Below, piece by piece: positions 37,093 to 47,768 of a stretch of DNA of 59,446 nt. The stretch spans positions 1-59,446 of the forward strand of contig JAZSRD010000058.1 in the NCBI GenBank assembly GCA_045538295.1, read 5' to 3'. Source of the stretch: Eubacteriales bacterium. GTDB lineage: Bacteria; Bacillota; Clostridia; Oscillospirales; QAKW01. The translations under genes were made by a program, and so were the position numbers. A model generated the notes under the pieces. The model was not told the origin of the DNA. It did no database searches and was given only the letters and a program-made list of their open reading frames with translations. Numbering within the stretch: position 1 is the stretch's first letter; every line of letters starts with the position of its first letter.

Positions 37093-39021
37093 ATGGATCA
37101 GGAAAAAGTAACCAACCAATACGACGAGTCCTCGATTCAGGTATTGGAAGGGCTGGAAGCAGTACGAAAAAGACCGGGTATGTATATCGGTTCCACCTCT
37201 ATCCGGGGTCTGCATCATCTGGTGTATGAAATTGTGGATAACTCCATCGATGAAGCCCTGGCGGGCTATTGCGATACCATTACGGTATCCATTCTGCCGG
37301 GCAACATTATCGAAGTAACCGACAACGGCCGTGGAATTCCCGTGGGCATCCACCCCAAAATGGGCATTCCCACCGTGGAAGTGGTATTTACCGTACTGCA
37401 TGCGGGCGGTAAATTCGGCGGCGGCGGATATAAGGTGTCCGGCGGCTTGCACGGCGTGGGCGCCTCTGTGGTAAACGCCCTTTCCGAATGGCTGGAGGTA
37501 GAGGTAAGCGATGGGAAGCATGTGTACTACCAAAAATATCTGCGGGGCCATTCCGAGGGTTCTTTGCAAAAGGTGGGGGATACCGATGTTACCGGTACCA
37601 AGGTACGCTTTTTGGCCGACGACCAGATCTTTGAGACCCTGGAATATGAATACGATGTGCTGCTCAAGCGGCTGCGGGAGCAGGCGTTCCTAAATGCAGG
37701 GCTGAAGATCGAATTTGAAGACCTCAGGGAGGAGAACCCCAAGAAAAAGGTGCTTCATTACGAGGGCGGTATTAAGGAATTTGTTACCTACCTGAACCGG
37801 CAAAAGGAGCCCCTCCACGAAGAGATCATTTATGTGAGCGGCAAAAAGAACACCTCCATGGCAGAGGTGGCAATGCAGTATACCACCCGGTACGACGAAA
37901 CGCTGATCTCCTTTGCCAACGATATTAACACCACCGAGGGCGGTACCCACGAATCGGGCTTTAAGAGCGCCCTCACCCGGGTGATCAATAACTATGCCCG
38001 TAAAAATAACTATTTAAAAGAAAAGGACTCCAACCTTTCCAGCGACGATGTGCGGGAAGGCCTTACGGTGATCATCAGCGTAAAGGTAGAGGAGGCGCAG
38101 TTTGAGGGTCAAACCAAAACCAAGCTGGGCAACAGTGAGGTGCATGGGCTGGTAAGTTCCATTATTTCGGAAAAACTTACCGAGTTCTTTGAAGAGAACC
38201 CCAAAACCGCCAAAACCATCATCAGCAAGGCGATCTCTGCATCCCAAGCCCGGGAGGCTGCCCGAAAAGCCCGGGAGAGCGCCCGTAAGAGTGCCCTTTC
38301 CACCTCCCTTTCCCTGCCGGGAAAACTGGCAGATTGCCAAAGTAAAGACACTAAATATTCCGAGATCTATATCGTAGAGGGTGACTCCGCAGGCGGCTCC
38401 GCCAAGGAGGGTCGGGACCGTCGGTTCCAGGCGATCCTTTCCCTGTGGGGCAAAACTCTGAACGTGGAAAAAGCCCGCCTGGATCGGGTATACGGCAACG
38501 ATAAGCTCCAGCCCATTATTGCTTCTTTGGGCACCAATATCGGCGCCGATTTCGATATTAATAAGCTGCGCTACGGCAAAGTTATTATTATGGCGGATGC
38601 GGACGTGGACGGCGCCCATATCAGAACCCTGCTCTTAACCTTCTTCTTCCGTTTCATGCGCCCCTTGGTGGAGGGCGGTTATGTGTATACCGCTGTGCCG
38701 CCCCTTTATAAATTGGTAAAGGGCAAAGAAACCCGCTACGCTTATTCCGATGCAGAGAGGGATATGATCTCCGCAGAACTGCGGGGAGAAGACGGCAAGG
38801 GTAAGGTAGAGATCAGCCGGAATAAGGGTCTTGGTGAAATGGACCCCGCCGAGCTGTGGGCAACCACCATGGATCCCGAAACCCGTACCTTAAAGCAGTT
38901 TACCCTAGGCGATGCTATTGCCGCCGATGAGACCTTCTCTATCCTGATGGGCGAGAAGGTAGAACCCAGAAAGGCGTTTATTGAAGAAAACGCCAAGTAT
39001 GTAATGAATCTTGACGTATAA
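37093..39021 (+). CDS. gyrB: DNA gyrase subunit B
   Basis: [47 protein letters not shown]-type motif and Toprim DADVDGAHI. Confidence 0.95.
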   Translation: MDQEKVTNQYDESSIQVLEGLEAVRKRPGMYIGSTSIRGLHHLVYEIVDNSIDEALAGYCDTITVSILPGNIIEVTDNGRGIPVGIHPKMGIPTVEVVFTVLHAGGKFGGGGYKVSGGLHGVGASVVNALSEWLEVEVSDGKHVYYQKYLRGHSEGSLQKVGDTDVTGTKVRFLADDQIFETLEYEYDVLLKRLREQAFLNAGLKIEFEDLREENPKKKVLHYEGGIKEFVTYLNRQKEPLHEEIIYVSGKKNTSMAEVAMQYTTRYDETLISFANDINTTEGGTHESGFKSALTRVINNYARKNNYLKEKDSNLSSDDVREGLTVIISVKVEEAQFEGQTKTKLGNSEVHGLVSSIISEKLTEFFEENPKTAKTIISKAISASQAREAARKARESARKSALSTSLSLPGKLADCQSKDTKYSEIYIVEGDSAGGSAKEGRDRRFQAILSLWGKTLNVEKARLDRVYGNDKLQPIIASLGTNIGADFDINKLRYGKVIIMADADVDGAHIRTLLLTFFFRFMRPLVEGGYVYTAVPPLYKLVKGKETRYAYSDAERDMISAELRGEDGKGKVEISRNKGLGEMDPAELWATTMDPETRTLKQFTLGDAIAADETFSILMGEKVEPRKAFIEENAKYVMNLDV

Positions 39022-39035
39022 GGAGGTGCTTCAAA

Positions 39036-41528
39036 ATGGCTAAAAACGAATTACACGATACATCCAGCTACGAAAATCAGGTCATCGTGCCCGTTGATCT
39101 GGAAAAAGAAATGAAGACCTCCTATATCGACTATGCCATGTCGGTAATCGTAGGTCGTGCCCTGCCCGATGTGCGGGACGGCTTAAAGCCGGTGCACCGC
39201 CGCATCCTTTACGCCATGTACGAGGATAACCTGACCAGTGATAAGCCTTTCCGGAAATCCGCCACCTGCGTGGGTGACGTGCTGGGTCGGTACCATCCCC
39301 ACGGCGACGCATCGGTTTACGATGCTCTGGTGCGCCTGGCGCAAAGTTTTTCCCTGCGGTACCCCTTGGTAGAGGGACACGGAAACTTCGGCGCCATCGA
39401 CGGCGACCCCGCCGCTGCATATCGGTATACCGAGGCAAGAATGAGCAAGATCTCCAACGAGATGCTGCGGGACATCGAAAAGGATACCATCGATTGGGAT
39501 CCCAACTTCAACGAAACAAGAAAAGAGCCCCACGTGCTCCCCGCCCGGTACCCCAACCTTTTGGTAAACGGTTCCTCCGGTATTGCGGTGGGTATGGCAA
39601 CCGATATTCCTCCCCACAATCTGCGGGAGGTGGTAGACGGTGCTGTTGCCCTGCTGGATCATCCGGAAATGGACGTGGACGAACTCACCGAGTACATCAA
39701 AGGCCCCGATTTTCCCACCGGCGCCATCATTATGGGCAGAAGCGGCATCCGCCAGGCATACCGTACCGGCAGAGGGAAGATCTATGTGCGTGCCCGTGCC
39801 GAGATCGAGGAGTGGAAAGACGGCAGATATAAGATCGTTGTAACCGAAATTCCCTACATGGTGCGCAAATCCGCCCTCATCGAAAAGATCGCCGACGAGG
39901 TAAAGACCGATCGGATCCCCGGCATCTCCGATATTCGGGACGAATCGGATAAAGACGGTCTACGCTTTGTGGTGGAACTGAAAAAGGAAGCTAATCCCCA
40001 GGTTATTTTGAACCAATTATATAAATATACCGATATGCAGGCCACCTGCTCCATCATTATGCTGGCGCTGGTAAACGGGGAGCCGAAGATCCTGAACTTA
40101 AAGCAGATGCTGGAGCAATACCTGCTCCATCAAAAAGAGGTGGTACGCCGCCGCACCGCTTTCGAGATCAAAAAGGCAGAGGCAAGAGCCCATATTTTAG
40201 AGGGCTTGCTCAAAGCCATCGACCATATCGATGAAGTGATCGAGATCATCCGTGGCAGTAAGCATATTGCCGACGCCAAGGAGCGGTTGATGGAACGCTT
40301 TGATCTGGACGAGATCCAGGCACAGGCCATTGTGGAAATGCGCTTGGGTCAACTCTCCGGGCTGGAGCGGGAAAAGATCGAAAACGAGTATAAAGAGCTT
40401 TCTGCCAAGATTGCCGACCTGAAGGATATTCTGGCACACGACGAACGGGTAGCCGGTATCATTAAGGACGACCTTGCCGAGATCGCCCGTAAGTACGGCG
40501 ATGCCCGCCGCACCGAGATCGGCCACGGGGAGATCGGGCTGGAGGATGAAGACCTGATCCCGGTGGAGGATTGCATCTTTACCATGACCGAAGCCGGCTA
40601 TATCAAGCGCCAGTTGGTGGGTACCTATAAAGCACAGCACCGTGGCGGCAGAGGCATTACCGGCATGAAGACCAAGGAAGAGGACGTGGTAAAGGATCTC
40701 TTTGCCGCCTCCACCCACGATACTATTTTGTTCTTTACCACCATGGGTCGTGTATATAAATTAAAGGGCTACGAGGTGCCGGAAAGTTCCCGTATTGCCA
40801 AGGGCACCAACGTGGTGAACTTGCTGCCCCTCCAGAGCGGGGAGCGGGTGAACGCCATGATCCGAGTGGAAAACTTTGAGCAAGAGGGTTATCTTATTAT
40901 GGCTACCCGCAACGGTACCGTTAAGAAAACGCCCCTTTCTGCCTATTCCAATATCCGCAAAACCGGCGTGATCGCCATTTTGCTGGATGAGGGCGATGAT
41001 CTGATCGATGTGAGCCTGACCGATGGCACCAATAATATTGTGCTTGCCACCCACGAGGGTAAAGCCATCCGCTTTGCGGAAGAGGATGTGCGGTCCATGG
41101 GCCGCGTGACCCGAGGCGTGCGGGGCATTCGGATTGCCGACGAGGATTACCTGGTTGGTATGTGCATCCAGCGGGAGGGCGCTCAACTGCTCACCATCAC
41201 CGAAAACGGCTACGGGAAACGAACCCAGGTGGAGGAATACCGCCTGCAAAGCCGTGGCGGTAAAGGTATTTCCAATTATAATATTACCGAAAAGACCGGT
41301 AAGGTGGCTGCCATTCGTATGGCAGAGGAGGGCGAGGACCTTCTTTTGGTTACCAGCGGCGGTATTATTATGCGTACCAAGATCGAGGAGATCTCGGTGC
41401 TCAGCCGCTCCACCCAGGGTGTGCGGGTGGTTCGCCTGGACGAGGGCGTTAAGGTAATTGATATTGCCGGCGCCGCCCGGGAGGAAGAAGAGCCGGAGGC
41501 AGAAGCGGAAGCCCCTGCAGAGGAATAA
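39036..41528 (+). CDS. gyrA: DNA gyrase subunit A
   Basis: [36 protein letters not shown] (QRDR), [10 protein letters not shown] (catalytic Tyr), C-terminal beta-pinwheel, acidic tail. Confidence 0.95.
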   Translation: MAKNELHDTSSYENQVIVPVDLEKEMKTSYIDYAMSVIVGRALPDVRDGLKPVHRRILYAMYEDNLTSDKPFRKSATCVGDVLGRYHPHGDASVYDALVRLAQSFSLRYPLVEGHGNFGAIDGDPAAAYRYTEARMSKISNEMLRDIEKDTIDWDPNFNETRKEPHVLPARYPNLLVNGSSGIAVGMATDIPPHNLREVVDGAVALLDHPEMDVDELTEYIKGPDFPTGAIIMGRSGIRQAYRTGRGKIYVRARAEIEEWKDGRYKIVVTEIPYMVRKSALIEKIADEVKTDRIPGISDIRDESDKDGLRFVVELKKEANPQVILNQLYKYTDMQATCSIIMLALVNGEPKILNLKQMLEQYLLHQKEVVRRRTAFEIKKAEARAHILEGLLKAIDHIDEVIEIIRGSKHIADAKERLMERFDLDEIQAQAIVEMRLGQLSGLEREKIENEYKELSAKIADLKDILAHDERVAGIIKDDLAEIARKYGDARRTEIGHGEIGLEDEDLIPVEDCIFTMTEAGYIKRQLVGTYKAQHRGGRGITGMKTKEEDVVKDLFAASTHDTILFFTTMGRVYKLKGYEVPESSRIAKGTNVVNLLPLQSGERVNAMIRVENFEQEGYLIMATRNGTVKKTPLSAYSNIRKTGVIAILLDEGDDLIDVSLTDGTNNIVLATHEGKAIRFAEEDVRSMGRVTRGVRGIRIADEDYLVGMCIQREGAQLLTITENGYGKRTQVEEYRLQSRGGKGISNYNITEKTGKVAAIRMAEEGEDLLLVTSGGIIMRTKIEEISVLSRSTQGVRVVRLDEGVKVIDIAGAAREEEEPEAEAEAPAEE

Positions 41529-41800
41529 GCAAACACGAATAATCCAAACCTGATTTTAAGGGGCGGATTTTCGCCTTTGCTATGTTAAAATACTCGCCAA
41601 TACGACAGTATTGACTGCGTTTTGTGCCTTGCAAACTCAAAAATCCGCACCCTTAAAATTCTTCGACCTTAAAATACGCAGAATTTCAGATGATTTTTGG
41701 TGCAGAGAAGTTTGTAAGGCTGACGCCTACAAACCTTCGATAAGACGAAAAGCGCTGAAATTCTGCCATTTTAGGCAGGTTCGGATTATTTGTGTTTGCT
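41529..41800. repeat. 272-bp element closed by 24-nt inverted repeats, with two long internal stem-loops (MITE-like or structured 3' UTR)
   Basis: IR-L GCAAACACGAATAATCCAAACCTG at 41529-41552 pairs with IR-R CAGGTTCGGATTATTTGTGTTTGC at 41776-41799 (2 mismatches). Internal pairs: 41553-41570/41641-41659 and 41678-41689/41755-41766. Apical hairpin at 41710-41733. Confidence 0.6.
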
Positions 41801-41903
41801 TTAGTCACATAGTGTTTAAAAACCGCCACATGAGGCACTATTTATATGGTAAGGCCTCTGTTATAATGAAATAGACTTTAATTCACTCAAGGAGGAATTT
41901 AAA

Positions 41904-42899
41904 ATGAAGAAAAGTTTTGTACGTGTATGCAGCGTGGTGCTGGCAGTTCTGCTGCTAATTTCTGCCACCACAGTGGTGGCAAGTGCCGCCTCTGTGCTCC
42001 CCATGGTAGATAACGGCATTATCGGTATTACCGGCGCAAAGCCCTTTACCGAGTACGATAGCAGTATCGAAGTAGAGCTCCCTGCCGGCACCAAAGAATA
42101 TAACTTTAAGGCCATCGGTCTTAAAAACTATACTGTAAAGATCTATGGAGATAAAGAACATACCCTTTTGGCAGATAGCGAAATGATCATTAAGCCGGAA
42201 ACCCAGATCACCCGCCTTTATGCCACCGCAACTCTGGGCGAGGATTATTATGAGTACGAAATTCTTATCTACTGCGATCAAACCGTTAAGATCAAGGATA
42301 AAGCTGCCTCTTGGGCACAGCAATATCTGGATTATTTTGTAAAGAGCAAAACCGGTATCATCCGGGGCGACGAAAAGGGCAAATTCAATGGCGCCAAAAA
42401 TATTACCCGCTATGAGATGGCAACCCTGATGGTGCGCCTCACCGGGGTGAATAAGGATCTTTATAAGAATGTGAAGTTGTCCTTTGAAGATGAGATCGTA
42501 GATTGGGCAGCCAATTATGTAAAAGCCGCTGTTCGCACCGGCTTGGTAGAGGGCTATCCCATTGAAAACAAACAAAAAGAGATCACCGGCTACCAATTCA
42601 AGGGCGCCGATACCGCCACCCGCAGCGAATTTGTGAAGGTATACCTTTCCGCAGTGGGTTATATGACAGATCAGAATATAGAAGATATTTATAAGATCAA
42701 TCAGGAATATGTGGACGGGGTTGTGGAAGAAAAGAAATTTGCCGATATCGCCGAGGTTGGCGATTGGGCAAAGCCCTATATGTATATTGCCGTTGCAGAG
42801 GGTATTCTGCAAGGGGATGGCGCCGGCTTAAAGCCCAACGATGTGATCACCCGTAATGAGGTGGTAACCGTAATGGGCCGGATGTATGTGGTGTCCTGA
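41904..42899 (+). CDS. secreted S-layer-homology (SLH) domain protein
   Basis: Signal peptide MKKSFVRVCSVVLAVLLLISATTVVASA. SLH-like repeats (WAQQYLDYFVKSKTGIIRGDEKGKFNGAKNITRYEMATLMVRL; WAANYVKAAVRTGLVEGY; WAKPYMYIAVAEGILQGDG). Confidence 0.75.
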   Translation: MKKSFVRVCSVVLAVLLLISATTVVASAASVLPMVDNGIIGITGAKPFTEYDSSIEVELPAGTKEYNFKAIGLKNYTVKIYGDKEHTLLADSEMIIKPETQITRLYATATLGEDYYEYEILIYCDQTVKIKDKAASWAQQYLDYFVKSKTGIIRGDEKGKFNGAKNITRYEMATLMVRLTGVNKDLYKNVKLSFEDEIVDWAANYVKAAVRTGLVEGYPIENKQKEITGYQFKGADTATRSEFVKVYLSAVGYMTDQNIEDIYKINQEYVDGVVEEKKFADIAEVGDWAKPYMYIAVAEGILQGDGAGLKPNDVITRNEVVTVMGRMYVVS

Positions 42900-42910
42900 A
42901 AGGACACCAC

Positions 42911-43000
42911 AATGAAATAAATCCCTTGCAGGATTTATGAAATACGCCAAGGCGTATGAGGGATCTATTTTATTTCATATTTTGCATTTTGCAAAATATA
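42911..43000 (-). repeat. family-2 hairpin array, short inverted copy
   Basis: The reverse complement aligns with 21933-22112. It shares ATATTTTGC-N-GCAAAATAT, ATACGCC-TTG-GCGTAT and AAATCC...GGGATTT hairpins and TTTCAT spacers, but lacks about five internal hairpin modules. Confidence 0.7.
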
Positions 43001-43002
43001 TC

Positions 43003-43040
43003 ATTTTAAAAAACAAGGGAAAGAGTATCTGCTCTTTCCC
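43003..43040. terminator. bidirectional terminator (H2-type purine-rich hairpin)
   Basis: CAAGGGAAAGAG-TATCTG-CTCTTTCCCTT with T runs on both strands, between convergent SLH and symporter genes. Confidence 0.75.
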
Positions 43041-43047
43041 TTTATTT

Positions 43048-44445
43048 TTATTGTGCCTTTTTAGATTGTACCTTTTTTGGCAGTTTTTCTCCGGTAAATA
43101 CTTGGTTTGCAAGACCGATCAATCCGATCAGGTTGGGAATTGCCATCAGGGCGCAAAAAATATCGGCAATGGTCCACACTGCATCTGCAGAAAGAAAGCT
43201 CCCTAAAAACAGCACCACCAAAAAAGCCGCCCGAAACCAAGTTACACAGCTTCCGTGGCAGGGGAGCAGGTACCTTAAACTTTGCTCCCCATAAAAGCTC
43301 CATCCAATAATAGAGGCAAAGCCAAAGAAAAACAGGCAGATCATATATAAAAAGGAAAGTAGTTCCTTTGGCAGGGGCAGCTGCTCCAGGGCATAAAGGG
43401 TAATACCGGCACCGTTCAGTTCCGGTGCCTGCCAGGCTCCGGTTACCACCACCGCATAGCCGGTGAGGGTGCACATGATCACCGTATCCAAAAAGGGACC
43501 CAACATGGAGATCATTCCCTGTCGAGCCGGGCTGTTGGTACGGGCGGCAGCAGCGGCAATGGGGTCGGAGCCCATGCCCGCTTCGTTGGAAAAGATCCCC
43601 CGCCCCAAGCCGTAACGCATGGCCTTTTGAAAGGTGATCCCCGCCGCCGCTCCCAAGGCGGCTTTGGGGGCAAAGGCACTGTGCAGGATCAATGCAGTGG
43701 CACCGGGCAGTTTATGATAATTGATTGCCAATAGCCATAGGGTCAGCAGGGTATAAAGGGCTGCCATAAAGGGCACCAATAAGGTGGAAACGGAGGCGAT
43801 CCGTTCAATACCCCCTGCCAGCACCAACCCCACCAGCAGGGTGGTAAGCCCGCCGGCGATCAGCGCCGGCCAGGAGATGGAAAGACTGCCCACCGAAAAA
43901 GCGATATTGCCTCCGTTGGGGGTAAAAAAATCCTCCGCCGCCATCACCATGCCGTTGATCTGGGAGGTGGTGCCCATGCTGATCAGGCAGGTAATCACGC
44001 AGGCGGCGGCAAAAACTCTGGCTAAAAAGGGCTTTTGTAACCCCAGCTCTAAATAAAGAAAGGGCCCTCCTAAAAATTTGCCGTCCTTGCCACGGCGGCG
44101 GTACTTTACCGCCAAAAAGCCTTCTGCATATTTTGTTGCCATGCCGAAAAAGGCTGCCAACTGCATCCAAAATAATGCCCCCGGCCCTCCGGCGGTTATG
44201 GCGGTGGCAACGCCGATAATGTTGCCGGTGCCCAAGGTGGCGGCAAGGGAGGTGCAAAGGGCGCCGAATCCGGAAACATTGCCCTGAGCGCCGGGCTCCT
44301 TTTTCAGTGCCGCCTGAAAGGCACGGTGTAACCCCCGCACCGAAAGCCAGCGGGTGCCCACGGTCAGGTAAATGCCGGTGCCTAAGATCAGCGCCAGCAT
44401 CCATGGTCCCCATAAAAGGGAGGCTATTTTCTCTAATAATTCCAT
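43048..44445 (-). CDS. alanine/glycine:cation symporter (AGCS family)
   Basis: 465 aa, multi-TM. GNIIGVATAITAGGPGALFWM, SNEAGMGS motifs of sodium:alanine symporters. Confidence 0.88.
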   Translation of the reverse strand: MELLEKIASLLWGPWMLALILGTGIYLTVGTRWLSVRGLHRAFQAALKKEPGAQGNVSGFGALCTSLAATLGTGNIIGVATAITAGGPGALFWMQLAAFFGMATKYAEGFLAVKYRRRGKDGKFLGGPFLYLELGLQKPFLARVFAAACVITCLISMGTTSQINGMVMAAEDFFTPNGGNIAFSVGSLSISWPALIAGGLTTLLVGLVLAGGIERIASVSTLLVPFMAALYTLLTLWLLAINYHKLPGATALILHSAFAPKAALGAAAGITFQKAMRYGLGRGIFSNEAGMGSDPIAAAAARTNSPARQGMISMLGPFLDTVIMCTLTGYAVVVTGAWQAPELNGAGITLYALEQLPLPKELLSFLYMICLFFFGFASIIGWSFYGEQSLRYLLPCHGSCVTWFRAAFLVVLFLGSFLSADAVWTIADIFCALMAIPNLIGLIGLANQVFTGEKLPKKVQSKKAQ

Positions 44446-44474
44446 ATTTCACCTCAAAAGGGGGATGTAAAAAA

Positions 44475-44510
44475 GGGCTGTAAAAAATCCGGAGAATTTT
44501 TTACAACCCT
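44475..44510 (-). terminator. rho-independent terminator (CTGTAAAAAATC hairpin family)
   Basis: The minus strand reads AGGGTTGTAAAAAATT-CTCC-GGATTTTTTACAGCCCT followed by TTTTTT. Confidence 0.75.
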
Positions 44511-44517
44511 TTTCTAT

Positions 44518-45234
44518 TTAAATATACATACCACCATTGGGTGCCAGCACCTGCCCGGTGATCTGCTCCTGCTCTGCCAAAAAGAGAATGCATTTTGCCA
44601 CATCCAGCCCGGAGCAAAGGGAGCCGGTGGGGATCTTTTCCTTTAGAGCATCCGGATCCAGCCCTTGGAGCATCTTGCTTTCCACACAGCCCGGCGCTAC
44701 GCAGTTTACGGTGATGCCGCTGGGTGCCACTTCCTTTGCCAGGGCCTTGGTAAACCCAATCAGTCCCGCCTTGGCGGCGGAATAGGTTACCTCGCAGGAG
44801 CCGCCGGTCTGCCCCCAAACAGAGGAGATATTGATAATAGACCCCTTTTTCCGCCGGAGCATCCCCGGTAGTAGCAGGCGGGTAAGCGCCATGTGGGAGA
44901 ATAGATTGGTTTGCAGGTTTTGCAAAATAGTGTCGTCGCTCTCATCGGTAAAGGGGGTGTAGCGGGCAACGCCAAAATTATTGACCAGCAGATCCACGGC
45001 CCCCCATTTGGCGGTAACCTCATCTGCCAGCCGTTGCCGAGCTGAACCATGGGTCAGATCCCCTTTAAAAAGGTGCACAGTGCCCCCTAATTTTTCCAGA
45101 TCTTCCTTTAAATTTTGGGCGGCCTCCTCGTTTTGCCGGTAGGCAAGCAGTACCTGCCAGCCCTGGCGCACGCCCCAGTAGGCGGTCATGCTGCCAATGG
45201 CGCCGGTGCCGCCGGTAACTAACATGGTTTTCAT
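44518..45234 (-). CDS. SDR family oxidoreductase (FabG-like)
   Basis: TGGTGAIG cofactor motif, NNFG, catalytic YSAAK. Confidence 0.85.
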   Translation of the reverse strand: MKTMLVTGGTGAIGSMTAYWGVRQGWQVLLAYRQNEEAAQNLKEDLEKLGGTVHLFKGDLTHGSARQRLADEVTAKWGAVDLLVNNFGVARYTPFTDESDDTILQNLQTNLFSHMALTRLLLPGMLRRKKGSIINISSVWGQTGGSCEVTYSAAKAGLIGFTKALAKEVAPSGITVNCVAPGCVESKMLQGLDPDALKEKIPTGSLCSGLDVAKCILFLAEQEQITGQVLAPNGGMYI

Positions 45235-45345
45235 GATTTTTCACTTCCTTATATCCTATTCTACTTGAAAATAAATTAGAAGACAAGATTTAATTGAAAA
45301 AATTAAACTTTTCATATAAAATAAAAAAGAAAGGAGGGATGCCCT

Positions 45346-47376
45346 GTGGGAATTCCGGTAACAACCTTGCCCGGCGTGGGAAAAGCACGGGCAGCCCTTT
45401 TGGAAAAATTAGGGGTTCGCACCCTGGAGGATCTGCTGGCGCTCTACCCCCGCCGCTATGAGGACCGTTCCTTGGTGGTGCCCATTGAGGAACTTGCCAT
45501 GTATCGGGGTGAGCAGGTGAGCATTGTTGCCGCCGTAATGGAGCGCCCCAAAGAGCGGCGGATCAGCGGCGGCAGGATCATGACCACCTTTTTGGTGGGG
45601 GATCGCACCGGCATGGTCACCCTTACCTATTTTAATAATCCCTATATTAAGGATAAACTAAAAGAGGGTAAGATCTTTAATTTTTACGGCAGATTAGACC
45701 CTAAAATGATGCTGAATATGGTATCCCCCCAGGCAGAGGAATTAAAGGACGGCAAGGCGCCGGGGATCTATCCCATTTATCCCCTTACCGCCGGGCTGAA
45801 TCAGCCCCAGATGCGCCGCTTTGTGAAAGCCGCTTTTGATAAAGTAAAAGGTAGTTTAAAAGATCCCCTGCCGGAAAAACTGCGGGAAAAATATCAGCTG
45901 GCAGAAATGAGCGAGGCGCTGGAGGCGGTGCATTTCCCTGCCGATCAGCGGGCGGTAGCCCGGGGCAGGCGGCGGCTGATCTTTGAGGAACTTTTGTATT
46001 TTCAATTAGGGCTGGGGCTATACTCCCACCGGGAAAAGGATCAAAACCGCTATCCGGTGGCAGGCTTCAAAAAAGATTTTTTAAATTTGCAGCCCTTTAC
46101 CCCCACCCCCTCCCAACAGCAGGCAGTGGCAGAGATCCTTGGGGATATGCAAGGCGATTTTGCCATGAACCGATTGCTCCAAGGAGATGTGGGCAGTGGT
46201 AAGACTTATGTGGCAGGGGAGGCAGTGTATGCCGCCCTTTCCGCAGGCTATCAGGTGGCAATTATGGCACCCACCGAAATTTTAGCCCGCCAGCATGGGG
46301 AATATTTCCGCCCGCTTTTTGAAAAACTGGGTTATTCCACCGCACTTTTGGTGGGATCCATGACCCAAAAAGAGAAAAAGCAAGCTTACGCCGCCTTGGA
46401 AAAGGGAGAAATCCGCCTGGTGGTGGGCACCCATGCTCTGCTTCAGGAGCAGGTGCAGTTTCAAAATTTAGGGCTGGTGGTTGCCGATGAACAGCACCGC
46501 TTTGGGGTGCGCCAGCGGGCAACCCTGGCATCAAAGGGTAAAAAGCCCCATATTTTGGTAATGTCTGCCACCCCCATTCCCCGTACCATGGCACTGATGG
46601 TGTGGGGTGACCTGGATCTTTCGGTGCTGGAGGGGTTGCCCGCCGGCAGAAAGCCGGTAAAAACCCTGCTGGTGGAGTCCTCGTATATGGAGCGGTTGAA
46701 AGGATTTATCGAAAAGCAGATCGCCGAGGGCGGCCAGGTGTATACGGTGTGCCCCTTGGTGGAAGAAAATGAGGATACCGACCTAAAAAGCGCCGAAGCC
46801 CTCTTTGAGGAACTGCGGGAGCGGTATGGGGAGCAGGTGGATATGATCCACGGCAAAATGAAAGCCGCCCAAAAGGATGCCGCCATGGCAAGTTTTGTGG
46901 CAGGGCAAACCAAAATTTTAGTTTCCACCACCGTAATTGAAGTGGGCATTAATGTGCCCGCCGCCACCCTGATGATCTTAATGAATGCGGAGCGGTTCGG
47001 GCTTTCCCAGCTGCATCAGCTGCGGGGGCGGGTAGGCAGAGGCGATCGCCAGTCTTACTGTGTGCTGGTGAGCGATCACCAAGCCGAAAAAACCCGGGAG
47101 CGGCTGGAATATTTCTGTTCCACCACCGATGGCTTTGCCATTTCCCAAAAGGATCTGGAATTGCGGGGTCCCGGCGACTTTTTTGGCAATATGCAGCACG
47201 GTTTGCCGAAAATGCAGATCGCCGATTGCTCCCAGGATCTGGAACTGCTAACCCTTTCCAACCGCTGTGCCAAGCGGATCTTGCAATATGATCCCGCCCT
47301 TAAAGAAAATTATAACCGGGGCATACGCCAAAAAGTGCAAGCGCTTTTTGAAGCGGATGGTATGATTTTTAATTGA
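45346..47376 (+). CDS. recG: ATP-dependent DNA helicase RecG
   Basis: Wedge domain, Walker A GDVGSGKT, DEQHRFG, TATPIPRT-like SATPIPRT, QLHQLRGRVGRG. Confidence 0.9.
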   Translation: MGIPVTTLPGVGKARAALLEKLGVRTLEDLLALYPRRYEDRSLVVPIEELAMYRGEQVSIVAAVMERPKERRISGGRIMTTFLVGDRTGMVTLTYFNNPYIKDKLKEGKIFNFYGRLDPKMMLNMVSPQAEELKDGKAPGIYPIYPLTAGLNQPQMRRFVKAAFDKVKGSLKDPLPEKLREKYQLAEMSEALEAVHFPADQRAVARGRRRLIFEELLYFQLGLGLYSHREKDQNRYPVAGFKKDFLNLQPFTPTPSQQQAVAEILGDMQGDFAMNRLLQGDVGSGKTYVAGEAVYAALSAGYQVAIMAPTEILARQHGEYFRPLFEKLGYSTALLVGSMTQKEKKQAYAALEKGEIRLVVGTHALLQEQVQFQNLGLVVADEQHRFGVRQRATLASKGKKPHILVMSATPIPRTMALMVWGDLDLSVLEGLPAGRKPVKTLLVESSYMERLKGFIEKQIAEGGQVYTVCPLVEENEDTDLKSAEALFEELRERYGEQVDMIHGKMKAAQKDAAMASFVAGQTKILVSTTVIEVGINVPAATLMILMNAERFGLSQLHQLRGRVGRGDRQSYCVLVSDHQAEKTRERLEYFCSTTDGFAISQKDLELRGPGDFFGNMQHGLPKMQIADCSQDLELLTLSNRCAKRILQYDPALKENYNRGIRQKVQALFEADGMIFN

Positions 47377-47471
47377 CAAATTTTACATGAATTTTTCATT
47401 TCATTTTACCCACAATACTTATTGTAAAGCAAAAAATGGCTTTATAAATTTAACAAGGAGGTGCAAGTGAA

Positions 47472-47654
47472 ATGGATAATTCTGTTAAGAGCAATGCTAA
47501 AGCTGGTCTTGATAAGATGAAGTTTGAGGTTGCCCGTGAGATCGGTGTGGACCTGAAGCAGGGCTATAACGGTGATCTGACTTCCGCTCAGGCCGGTCAT
47601 ATCGGCGGCCAGATGACCAAGAAATTGGTTGAGAAGGCAGAGCAAAGCCTGTAA
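47472..47654 (+). CDS. small acid-soluble spore protein, alpha/beta type
   Basis: 60 aa. KFEVAREIGV and GGQMTKKLVE match the two conserved SASP blocks. Confidence 0.9.
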   Translation: MDNSVKSNAKAGLDKMKFEVAREIGVDLKQGYNGDLTSAQAGHIGGQMTKKLVEKAEQSL

Positions 47655-47737
47655 CCCGTATATTAGCGTAGACCGCAAAAAAGAATTTATTTTATAATAA
47701 GTAATTTATAATTAGTGCAAAACTAATAATAAGGTAT

Positions 47738-47764
47738 AAAAGCGACCCGTTAAGGGTCGCTTTT
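47738..47764. terminator. bidirectional terminator
   Basis: AAAAGCGACCC-GTTAA-GGGTCGCTTTT between convergent genes. Confidence 0.75.
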
Positions 47765-47768
47765 ATAT

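Noticed and set aside
41611-41874. 87-aa ORF inside the IR-bounded element downstream of gyrA.
   Set aside because: There is no RBS, the composition is Cys/Arg/Phe-rich and odd, and it spans the stems of the palindromic element. It is best explained as a chance ORF.
47377-47471. Forespore (sigma-G/F) promoter upstream of the SASP gene.
   Set aside because: GAAT and CAATACT-like words are present, but their spacing (~20 nt) does not fit the 17-18-nt consensus. I cannot support it from sequence alone.
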